From: Podarcis tiliguerta
Taxonomy: Eukaryota
Reading direction: 5' to 3' (one strand)
Assembly: GCA_965153285.1 (NCBI GenBank)
Contig: OZ229122.1
Length of the DNA stretch: 64,000 nucleotides
The position numbers and the translations under genes were made by a program. The notes below the pieces were generated by a model. It was not told where the DNA came from and ran no database searches. It worked only from the letters and a program-made list of their open reading frames with translations. Positions 1-10,800 of the stretch are shown one piece after another (positions within the stretch are counted from its first letter, which is position 1; every line of letters begins with the position of its first letter).

Positions 1-497
1 ACTCATTCCTCCACCAAAGGGAGTAAGGTGGGCAGTGGCGTACAATCCTTGTGGAGCAAGTGCCTGATCTGCTTTGGGGAGGCCTTCAGGTCAAATGTCC
101 TCAGCAGGTCCACACGCTCCTCACTGCCTCCTGTTGTTCCTCCTCCCTCTGCCTTCATTGGCCTTGTTGCCTTCGCCATGCCATATTCATGTAGCAAAAT
201 TGGGCCCAGTCTGCATAATATCCTTGCCTCCAACTAGTGGGTTGAGACAGGTGACTAGGAAGGTGGTGGCTTGCTCCTGCTTTCCAGACACTTGTGTCTT
301 CTGGACCACAGAGAGAGGACAGGCGTACAAGCGGTGAATGGGAAGGACAGCAGCAGAAGCGAGGGCACTGTGGCTGGCAGTGTGTGGGTGCTTGAAGATT
401 TCCAACTGTGCCACCCACCCCACAATGCCAGTCCTGCAGTCATGCTCTCCTCTCTTCTGAAACATAGGATTGGGCGTCATTAACTCTTGACACTCAC

Positions 498-604
498 CGA
501 TGAGAACGAGCCGGGAGTTGGGGAGGGAAGGCCACTCAAACATCGTGTACAGGACGTCCTGCCCTTTGCTGTCCAGCTGATCCATCTCATCTAATACAAC
601 CAAA
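498..604 (-). CDS. CDC6: CDC6 coding exon 5 (Walker B exon); gene continues beyond the left edge
   Basis: 107 nt, bounded by tcttcacAG| and |GTGAGT. Encodes [35 protein letters not shown] with the AAA+ Walker B motif (LDEMD). Phase matches the previous exon. Confidence 0.97.
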
Positions 605-1099
605 CTGTGAAGATGAAAGACGTGAGCACGTGAACACCACCCCAGCAATGTGCTGCTTAGGTCCAGAATCAAATTTACCATTATCCAAAAGACTAAGTGT
701 CCGTCGTCGTCGTCGTCCCCCCCCCCCCGCAGCCTGTTATCAAAATATGGGCTTTTAGACTGACACTGCTAAACTCTCTCCGAGAGCAAGGTTTACGGCT
801 CAGCCACATATACTGCACCAAGTGCACAGCAAAAATAAAGTGCCCATTATAATAGGTTTCAGATATTATAGCTGTTGAAGTACTAGAATGACCTTTCACA
901 CTAAACCCATATTTCTCAAAACCTCATTAAGAGACTTTTATGAAAGGGTTATAGAACAAAATGTGCCTTGCCACTCAAAACACAACAGTGACGTGAGGAT
1001 GCCTGTCCAGTAGAGGTTATGGCTATCCTATGACAGACCTGCTCAAAACTGGCTAGTTTTAAGAATGCCCCCCTCCCACCACAAAGGGCTTGTACTTAC

Positions 1100-1275
1100 A
1101 CCATGGGTGCACTTTCTGATGTCAACCGTTTCACCAGCCTTCTGATCACGTCACCCCTGGCTGCTTTGTCTGCTCCAGCCTGGCCCAATTGTCCAGCCAT
1201 TGCTGGGAACACAGCCTGGGAGCTTCTCAGGGCCATGCAGTTTAGGACTATGGTCTGACACCCAGAGAGCTCCGT
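1100..1275 (-). CDS. CDC6: CDC6 coding exon 4
   Basis: 176 nt, ctctggcAG| to |GTAAGT. Encodes TELSGCQTIVLNCMALRSSQAVFPAMAGQLG...LTSESAPMV, in frame with both neighbours. Confidence 0.95.
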
Positions 1276-2185
1276 CTGCCAGAGAGACAAAGGAGTGTTT
1301 TAGAGTAGATCAAACTTTGCAATAGAGTACAAGTAGTGCAACAAAGAGACAGCAATTCCACAGACCATCACTGAGCTGAAGTACCTGCAAGGAAACTGTG
1401 GAGGACAGAAAATTACAGGAGGCAACTTTCTTGTGCCTGGGGACCAATAATCCAGCATGAAGGATGGTAAAATATACTCTCTTAGGCAAAACTCCTAAGC
1501 TGCCCCCATCAGGCACAAATTATAAGCATACCGCCCTGGAAATGCAGGTCCTTGAAATCCATGGAATAGCCACGTGTTCACATATATCTTGTAGGGGCAA
1601 AATATTTTCAATTCAGGCAGCACACCAAAGCATGGTCTGTGTCAACCATAGCTTAAAACTCATATCAGTTTGAGCTTCCAAATGTTCAGCTAAGCTCCGC
1701 TTTAAAGTTGTTTGTCTGCTTTCATTTCCCCACTTCTTCAGCACTTCCTAAGTTCACTCCTACTTTTGGAAACAAAGCAGTGGTTTGTCAATTCAGATAC
1801 CACACCAAACTTTAGTTAGCACAAAACCAAGGTTCCTATACCCATCTTAAACCAGGGATATGATTTGCTGGCCAAATACAAACCACAGTAAAGCTTCCTT
1901 AACCTTGTTTTGGAATATTAAAAGTGTAAGATATGCAGGCAAAAAGTATTTTATGGGCATTGGAGAGTGATTGCAGGAAAAGGTTCTCACTGGGCTCTGA
2001 ATTCACATAGTTCTCCCACACCTAATGGCATATGGGAGAATTCTGAAAGAAGAGTAGACCCAAAGCTGTATCATATAATGTTAAATGTCATTTGTCAGAG
2101 CTGGGCAATGGTTCTTCCGGCATTATGTTTCATAGCAAAAGTCTGAAAGAGGACCAGCGTCCAAATTCAAATCCAGCAGTTTTAC

Positions 2186-2385
2186 CTTTAAGTCCATCAG
2201 GGCCCTGTTGAGGCAGGCAGTTTTCCCAGTGCCTGGAGCTCCAGAGATATAAAGACTTCCTGGGATCTCCCTAGAGACATGCTCTCTCAGGAATCTATGC
2301 AGAACACCTGTCTCTTTCTCCCTTGCATGCAGCTGGTCTGGAACAGCCGTGTGCAGGAGACTCTTTGCCTGCTGGTAACAAGTGC
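2186..2385 (-). CDS. CDC6: CDC6 coding exon 3 (Walker A exon)
   Basis: 200 nt, tttctacAG| to |GTAAAA. Encodes GTCYQQAKSLLHTAVPDQLHAREKE...GSLYISGAPGTGKTACL...DLK with the P-loop GAPGTGKT. Absent from the ORF track; translated by hand. Confidence 0.97.
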
Positions 2386-3238
2386 CTGTAGAAACAAAAT
2401 GAAGACAGGTTTAGAACAAATAAAAAAACCTCAATATACCTAACAAAAAACTATACAAATACTAATTGTACAGCTCTCTTCTAACAGACACAACAGTAGA
2501 CAAAAAATAAAATAAAAATAAAAAAGCACTGGATTTAGGAAGAGGTCTATTACAATAAATGATTACTTTTACTGTCTCTTTTTAAAAGCTCCTTTTATTG
2601 AGCTGTTCTATCGTTGCAGCTAGCTGCAGTTGAAAGAAGATTGCTAGACTAAATAGACCCTTGCCTATTCAAACAAGTCTTCTACAGCTCTGTTTTATAC
2701 TACTGATGTATTGCCTTGCTTTTTTGAACACTGCCTGCAGTTGTTACGATTGTCGACATAAGAATCAAATAAGCATGTTCAAGAAGGGACGCCATTCTAA
2801 CATTAACGTTGCCAATAAAACTTACTTGCAATATTCTGACCAGCAATAAATGACTAAAGATGAAAGGCAGTATGTCAAGCCCATCTGTGATCACAGCTAA
2901 ACCACAAATTTCTATGGTTTTTATTCCTTGGCTTCCCTCAAAGCATCCTAGGAACTCTAATTTTATGAGGTTGCTGAGAAATAGTCCAACCCCTTCCATG
3001 GAACCACAGCGGCTCTTGCCTGCGGGTAATGTAACAATTGAAAAAGTCTGAAAACCATTTTGAATTTATGACACAGCCATGCCTTAAGTTTTCTCAATTT
3101 GTGGGAGTAATAGTGAACTAGCCTTGGATTCTGAGGTCTTAAGAGACTGAATTCTTTATAAACCCATTTTTAAAAATCCGAGCAACCGCAGAAGATGTAG
3201 TACCCAGTTCTTCCACCATACACAATGCTATTACATAC

Positions 3239-3499
3239 CTTCTTGCTTAAAGAGACGAGTACACACCAGTTCTTTCCTTGGGTGGCGATGCTGCGGTGAA
3301 GCGTTAGGGGTTTCTTGACCACCACGAAAGGGAGAGGGAACCAAATTGCTTCCCTTAGTTGGAGATTTGGGGGTTGAACGCTCACTGAAGAGTAAAGCCC
3401 GGCCCTTGGGAGAAGTGGGTGGAAAGCTATTCTCTTTTTTACCCTGCTTACTCGGGGAGCAAGGCAGCAACTGGGTGACATTGCAGAGATTGTCATCTC
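3239..3499 (-). CDS. CDC6: CDC6 coding exon 2 (KEN box, Cy motif, CDK sites)
   Basis: 261 nt, tttcccacAG| to |GTATGT. Encodes GDDNLCN...SPSKQGKKEN...GRALLF...SPTK...RLFKQE. Confidence 0.96.
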
Positions 3500-4216
3500 C
3501 TGTGGGAAACAAAGACACACCATGCCAAGTTTAGAAGAAAGCAGCAGCAGAAGAAAATGAATGTGAAATACAGACAAGAACCCAGATGTAAAAGACAAGT
3601 TTGTCTGCCCTCTATTTTACCAGAGTTCATGTCTGCCATACAACATGATGTCTTTAAGATGCCTTTTGTTACTTCATTTAAAATTTCAGAGCTCTTATTA
3701 TCATAGGCATCATTTAGGAAAAGCACAAGCACAGGGCCTGTCAAATGCCCCCTTATTCAGAGAAGTGTTGCTGCGCTCTGCTTGCTCCTTCCCTCTGGGC
3801 CCCTTGCAATGTACACTTGCTGCATCAACCCTACTGCAAAAACTCCAAATGCTGGGTTTAGAATACAAATAACCACTTCAATCTTTGTAGATAAGCCTGT
3901 CTGTAGGAATACTATTGAGAAGAGCAATTCTTTCAAGACTCTTCAGCAGTACACAAATAGGCCTACCTATGAATTACTTTTTATCTTTCGAGTTAGCCTT
4001 CATGGGAAATAGACCAGATGCTTTGCAAGAAAAAAATAGTCCCAATTCCACTTATTAACTTCAGGTAGGACCCATCCAAAACCCTGCAGCCACTACCAAT
4101 CAGTGTTGACAATACTGAGATACATGGCCTGAAGCTGTATAAGGCAGCTTTTCCTGTGTTCTTAACTCTGGTGTTCAATCTGAGAAAATCTTTGCATCAC
4201 TTAGCAAAGTCCCATT

Positions 4217-4219
<3 letters not shown>

Positions 4220-4247
<28 letters not shown>

Positions 4248-4320
4248 TTATTTATACCCTGCCCTCCCTGGCCAGGGCTGAGCTCAGGGCGGCTAACACC
4301 AAATATAAATTACAGTAAAA
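4220..4320 (-). repeat. (AAT)n microsatellite plus 3' tail remnant of a non-LTR retroelement
   Basis: (AAT)~9 followed by tttataccctgccc...ctcagggcggctaaca. Related tails occur at about 13450-13530 and 22430-22935. Confidence 0.6.
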
Positions 4321-4463
4321 TGTAATAAGAAAACAACAACAACAGTTAATTAAAATACGGCTTAAAATACAGCTGGTTTAGTGCCAAGCGGAATGGCTGA
4401 GCAGGCTTTCGATATAAGAACGTGTTAGGATATTTTGGTTTGATGAAGAGAAAGACAACTCAC

Positions 4464-4641
4464 CAAGCCGTTTACGGGGGCTGAGAGGCAAGACCTGCTC
4501 CTGGGGTGAAACTGACAATGGGCTTGTGTCCAGTTTTGAAGCCTCCTCATTCTCTAGAGGTTTGTGACATCTCCTAATCGATTTCCGCTTTGGGAATTTG
4601 ATGGTGCTCTGGCTTTCAGACTGAGATCTGGTACAAGGCAT
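4464..4641 (-). CDS. CDC6: CDC6 first coding exon (ATG at 4641; exon acceptor at 4649)
   Basis: ggctccAG|tgtccatcATG ... CTTG|GTGAGT, 178 coding nt. Encodes MPCTRSQ...TIKFPKRK...LPLSPRKRL, the typical vertebrate CDC6 N-terminus. Confidence 0.96.
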
Positions 4642-5839
4642 GATGGACACTGGAGCCCAAAGAGAGCAAATGAAAGACATTTAAGTTAAGTGTGCATGTG
4701 CGCGCACACACACTTTTAAATTTCACAAATAGTCTCTAACAGTTACAACTATCCTGTCCCCCCCCCCCAGGGATGCCTTTCCTCCCGCTAGGTGAACAAC
4801 AAAATAAAGACCTGATTGGAACAGAGTATTTTCACCGAAAACAGCTTAAGTCTTACATTTGGGCTTAAGGGGCTAGGCTCCCATACAGGTCTATGAACCC
4901 ACACCTCTATTTTTAGCAAGTTATTCACTATCCCCAGACACCCTTGCCCCTAATGATTAATCATGCTCACCCCAGCACAAGCTCTTTATTTCCCATATAG
5001 GTAAGCTCAAGGTTAAACATTGACAACTGTCAAGGTGATAAACCTACCCACCACCTAACATAATTGTTGGCTGAAATAGTTCGAAACCCAAATTCCTGCT
5101 GGATCCTCACTCTCTGTTCCAGGAGCAGAAGCATACTGTGTTAAAAATATTCACCCCAACCTGCCTCATTTTACTCATTTTGTGGCATCACTGTTGTTCT
5201 ATTTTCTTTTTATAGTGATAATTAAAAACAACAACCCTAAGCCTTATTTTGCTTTATCTGTTTTAAGTACAGTAGCCTATGTTTTTAAATGATTATTACT
5301 GAAATACTTTGTCACATGTACAATTTGTATACAGTGAGATTACACGAGCACCCCCCACTCAGCTCCCTTAGTCTTAATTCCCCTCCTTTAGGCACACCCA
5401 CCAAACCCGAAAGTCAGCTGCCCTGTTATCTAAGAAAAGCCCTTAGTAGCCATTCCTTAAAAGGGCCTGGCAGTAAATTCTAATGCCAGAGTTGCCTGTT
5501 TTTCTCTACACTCTGCTGCCTTCCTTCCAGAATTACATAGACGGGGGCGGGCGGGGGGGGGGAAGGTTTCCACTTGCTGATTTCAAAGATAAGACTGTTG
5601 GAAATATATATACACACACACACTATTAAAACTGGAAGAAAATAAATGCAATTTCAAATCCCCGCCCCCCAGCCATTAAAAAAAAACCTCTTCAGTAACT
5701 TTAGGCCAGTCTCCAAGAGCCGCACTGAAGGACGAGGTGGCCCATGAGATATGTGATCAGATCTCCCAACTTTTCATGGGGGGGGGGGGGACCAGAGGAC
5801 TTTTAGTTTGAATGGGGGTGGATTCAGTTTTAATATCCC

Positions 5840-6800
5840 CACTCGCGCTTTACCGCTCTACATGACTCTTCCCCAAAGCGAAAAGTGAGCCAGGTGGGTC
5901 TCACGCCCCTCAGAAGCACATTGAGCGGATCCTGCTCCTTGGCGAGCGTGTCCTTAGGGCCAAAGCGCCAAAAAAGCCTTTGCAGCGGGACATCTCACAG
6001 ACGAACCCCGCTTTTTTCCTGCCCTTTCCCTTTTTTTTCAGAATTTCTTAATTTATTGATAACAGCAGCAATAACCGCTTCGCCTCCCCTCAGGCCCCCG
6101 CGCAACCCACGGACCCCCTCTCTGCTCCAAGCGCCTCCTTACAGCCAGAGCCTCTTTCGCGCGCCAACATGCGCACCTACCGTCAACCCGAACCTGCGGA
6201 GCCAAAGGGGCGCGAAGCTTCTTCCCGCAACCAACCCGCTTGACTAAATGAAGCGACTCCGCCTGCCCGCGCGTGGCCAACCGGCCCCGACCCGCCCATT
6301 GGTTCCCCGGAGCGCGCGCGCCGGACCCGCCCAGCCAATCGCCGCTCTCCGCGCCAAACCTGAAACCTTCCGTCGGCCCAACAACATCCCGCCGCAACCG
6401 CCCAGGGCGTTCCAGCCAATCGCCTTCTTTCCCGTATCGCTCGGGCTCCTCCTATAAGGACGTGGTGGTTTTTTCCCTCCCTTCCTCCTTCCGAGGGGCG
6501 AAGCAGCGCACAGGGGACCCAGCTTCCGGTTTGATTTTGGAACGTTGATCCCGCGCTCTGGGCGGGGCTTCCAAAGCGGCTTCTTCTGATAAAGCCTTTT
6601 CTCTCCCCCGCCCTCAAAGCTCTTTCCCCATCAGTGGACTACAATCCCCAGAAAGCATTGCTGCAAAATCGAAGCGATATATTGGGAGGAGCACGCTGGG
6701 ATATGTAGTCCAGAAATGCGTGAGCGGCGTTTTTTGCTTTTTTGCAGGCTGGGAAAGCAGACGAACACTTCCGAGGCTTTCCGTGGCTGCGGCTTTCTTG
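5840..6800 (-). promoter_or_regulatory. CDC6: CDC6 CpG-island promoter and non-coding first exon (exact exon 1 limits uncertain)
   Basis: CpG-dense. E2F-type sites: TTTGGCGC (minus, 6351-6358 and 5965-5972), overlapping TTTCGCGC/TTGGCGC (6155-6167), TTCCCGC (6222-6228). CCAAT boxes at 6298-6302, 6335-6339, 6416-6420; GC boxes. Candidate minus-strand donors: G|GTAGGT (6181), T|GTAAGG (6143), C|GTGAGA (5905). Confidence 0.88.
6638..6709. promoter_or_regulatory. Inverted pair of ZNF143/SBS-type ACTACAnnnCCCA motifs
   Basis: ACTACAATCCCCAGAAAGCA on + (6638-6657) and ACTACATATCCCAGCGTGC on - (6691-6709). Confidence 0.7.
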
Positions 6801-7377
6801 AATTCCACGGCTTATGGAAGAGCAAAGGAAAGAATACTTTTAAAGATAGACTACTAAGCCCTCTTCTGTGGTCGGTGAGGCACATGAAAGGTTTTCTCCA
6901 AATGAGAGATAGGAATACATTTCTATGTGCTTCATAGCACTGACTAGAATACACTAAAGGTAGAGTAACAGTTGCTTTGTATTTCAATTGCAATAGCATA
7001 ATTGAGGGCCACCTAAGAAGCGGAGCAGAAGGAATTATGACAGGCACGTCACCCTGGTTCCATCTCCTTACTGAGCTGCTTCGAATTCCTTCTCCCCTCA
7101 CAGTAGCATTTTATGTGACCAAGTACACAAAGCTTCCGGAGTGAGGTCGAGAAGGGTGAAAAGTTTGCACAACTTTGGGCCACAGTGTGAGGATGGGAAA
7201 CGTCCCCCGTGTTTGATCTCCGTCACGATAGAGCCATTGTGTTGCCACACACGTGTACATAATAAATTCCAGACTCTGATAGATCATTTTTACGCCCTCA
7301 GCATGGCCAGTTTCACCAACTCCTAGGTACGCTTTTGAGGCCTTGGGGTATTTCTGTTCAGAGTCTCACATTTCAAG

Positions 7378-7379
<2 letters not shown>

Positions 7380-7409
<30 letters not shown>

Positions 7410-7431
7410 TGAGAGAGAGAGAGAGAGAGAG
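7380..7431. repeat. (TG)n(GA)n compound microsatellite
   Basis: Direct reading of the sequence. Confidence 0.95.
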
Positions 7432-7479
7432 AATGCAACTAGAATGAGGTGTACTGTGTAAGAAATACATGTATTTTTG

Positions 7480-7620
7480 TTATTTATATCTGCCTTTTCT
7501 CCAGGCAGCTCAAGGTGGTGTATAGGGTTCTCATCCCTCTCTCTTTTATCCTCACAGCAACCCTGTGAGGTAGGATAGTCTGAGAGACTAGGTCACTGTG
7601 TGGGAATCAGAACCCTGGCC
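7480..7620 (-). mobile_element. MIR-like (CORE-type) SINE fragment
   Basis: ttttatcctcacagcaaccctgtgaggtagg...gggaatcagaaccctgg, similar to the copies at 42200 and 46205. Confidence 0.65.
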
Positions 7621-7884
7621 TGTGGGAGAAAAGGGCTAGGTGGCAGTGAATGGGAAGCAAGTATGTTTGTTTCCCTTCCTTTGCTTCTTTCAAGGCACCC
7701 ATATCTAACATAGTGCTTGGAAATTCTGAAGGGTTTTAGTCAGATATTTGTGAAATTTCAAGTAGCCTTGAGTCCACACAAGATAAAGATATCAATATAT
7801 TAAAAAAAGCTTCAATGTGCTTACCCATGCTCTACACGTTCAATTGGCAATATGCATCTTGAAGGCAGAGAACAAATTATGCAA

Positions 7885-10800
7885 ACCACTGTTTGTATTT
7901 GATTAATTTATTAGATCATGGACACAGACTCAATTCTGCATCAGCAGACGCAGTTACAATTTTAGTAAAGACAGCACCACTTACTGTGGGTCAGGTACAG
8001 TGTCTTGCAAAGTAGTGAAATAGTAAAAGAGAAGGAGGCACTATCAAACATAGTAGGTTGGGAGCAAGAGTAAAATCCCTCCACCCTCTCTTCAATCAGC
8101 CTCTCAAGAGGCTTCACCAGATACTACCTTCATGTGTTAAACCCTCATCTCTACGGAAATGACGAGGACTAGTCATTTCCCCATTAAAAACAAAGATAGG
8201 ATTACTGTATGATGAATGATATGGATTTAGGAGGGAGAGGAGCTGGCCTCAAAAACAAACATGCTCTGCAGAGTGGGCAGGATACTGTGCTGTACTGGAA
8301 GTCTCAGGGTATGTCTTGTAGCACAGTTATTCACTAACCCTTCTCACAAGCCCTCTACCAGCAGTTTTGTGAAACGGGGGCATACAGCTGCTGCTGCTGC
8401 TAACTCAAATCTTAAACTAGTGCCCTCTGCAAATAAGCCTTAGAGGAAACTGGCAGGAATTGCTCTTTGGAGCTCCCATTAGGAAATAAATTCAGGAAGA
8501 GGGATGCTTAGTATAAAAACTGATCACGTACTCCATTCATACGGGAATACCGAAACCGTCTGTGCTTATTGTGATAGCTCACAGTTCATGGAATTTAAGA
8601 CTCTCTCAAAGCATTCTGACCATTTTAACAGCAAAAAAACGAACACCAAACCAAAGGTTTTAAAAAACACCAAGGGTTTCTCCAAATGCCACATCAAGCA
8701 CACAGTTGCTTATCTTGTAATGGGATAAGCAAATTGTGTAAGAATGTTATAACCCTGACAGAGAAAGATGCCTCACATGATTCTGCTCACAGCAAACGAC
8801 TCAAGAATCCTGGGATTCTTCACGTGCAGGCAGTCTAGATGAAGCTTTTTGAAACCTTTACAAAAGCAAAGCAAAGGTCATGGGGCAAACGAAAGGACAG
8901 CTTTATCTTAAAGGCAAAGGGTAGACTTGAAACAAAGTAACAGTGCAAGAGACCAAAATTCTAGTTATTGAAACCACAAGAAGTGGCTCTCAGTAGTGTT
9001 TCTTCACTTAACAGTAATGATACTGTTAAACCAAAGCTTAACATAGGATACAGAGTGCATATAAGCTTGCAAGAGACGAAAGATTGACCAATATCCCACA
9101 CACACAAACCCCCAATGGGAGCCACCTGAGGATAAGGCACAGTGAGTGAAACTCTGAAAACTTGCTATTCAACAATGGGTGTGTTACACCCTCCACAACA
9201 GCCTCTGCCCTGGCACACTCATGCAGTTTCACACTTCAGTTACAATGGAAGACTATAAGAGAAGGGCTGGGTGCGCACACAAGAACTGAGCCAAGATAAC
9301 TCAAATCCTATACCAAGAAATGTGGAATTCTACAACCTACTGTACAAATTTAGCCAATCTGCATGATTCTGTTTCTGCCCCATTTTCTATTTCTAATGCT
9401 GCTAGTCATGCGTTAGTGTCAATGAACCACACAGAACAATGAAGGCTTCTCTTTCCCTTGACCACCAGTAAGCTTATCCAGCTGTTCTACTGGTTAATAC
9501 TCCACTAGGCACTGCCCACATGTTTTCAAGCACCTCTTGTTGGCTACAAAGGACTAGAACCATTTTTGACTCCCCAAAAATGGTCCAGGGTCCATTTTCA
9601 GAAAACATAGTTCTGCACCAAGACATGTGACTTCCATGGAATAATGGCACACACAGTACTACTGATTCAGAGCTGCAGGCAGCCAGTCCTCTGAATTTGC
9701 ATCTCCAATATCGTGCAGTTATTCTTGGCAGCATATGCGTCTTTCACAGCTTCACAACATAGAGGCTCCTGCATGTCTGCATTCTGCTGCTATGTTCTAC
9801 CAACCCAGCACCCAAATCTGTAAGGCAACCGTTTCAGGAAACCAGGCAGATGAGGCCCAAAAGCTGCAACCTGCATTACACTCTTAAGATTGGTCTTGTC
9901 CATATTTTACATATTAAGCCATAGTTACGGTTTAAAATGATGGCTTAGTGTTATGTCTGAACCCACCCCGCAAGTGGTAAGCCAAGAACAAACCTTGATT
10001 ACCAGTCATTGGTGGTTTGGAGTAAAATAAATCAAGGTTGTGGGTTTCGACATAATGGTAAGCCATAGCAACACCAGGAGTGCAGGAACAAACCACCCGC
10101 AACTTCAGCAGCGCCTAGTAGCACACTGCATGTTCACATTAAACCACAGTTTATTTTAACTATGGTTTAATATGATGTGCGAATCAGGCCACTATGCATT
10201 TTCTTGCAGCTAATCCTGGAAAGACAACAACATATCAATAGGGACAGCTGTGGAAATGAAATCAAAACTGGCATCTTGGTCACCATTCCTGAATCTTTGT
10301 TCAGAGAAGTAAATATTTGGAACAATAAAAGCTTATCCTGGACTGTTCTTCAAGATGTATACAGAAAGACACACGCTTCGGTCCTCTATTTGAAAACAAA
10401 AACAAACAAAAAACCCATGCCAGACGATGACCAGGCTGAGCATGGTTTTTAACATACATAAACTTTTTCTAGAAGGAATTGTATTCAAATATGAGATTCC
10501 TTCATCTGCAGCCTGAAATGGTACAGCCCAGGGGAAAGAAACTTCATTGCTTGATTTTGCTAAAAACAAAACTAACTGCTAAGGGTCTCCAGGCATAAAG
10601 TATGTCTGCCACCTTCAGCAAAACTCAAATACCTTTTGGCAGAGTCAATGAGTTGGGAGAGCAAATTTGAGGTTTTCATCTTGGTAGTGGGTGATGCGAG
10701 TTTCACATTTGTGGTTTTTAAAATGCTATATAAACCTGGTCTGAGGCTTTAGGACAGGATGAAATAGGAAAATGTCTCTCTGTGTGCCAGTTTCCCCTTG

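Noticed and set aside
3-480. Several overlapping ORFs (3..233, 155..418, and the 3' part of 187..681)
   Set aside because: The CDC6 match stops at the donor at 498. The rest does not resemble the expected next exon (GIAN...LDLTDR) or any protein I recognise, so it is treated as intron.
5885-7101. Many 60-156 aa ORFs on both strands
   Set aside because: Stop-poor GC-rich CpG island with low-complexity translations and no recognisable homology.
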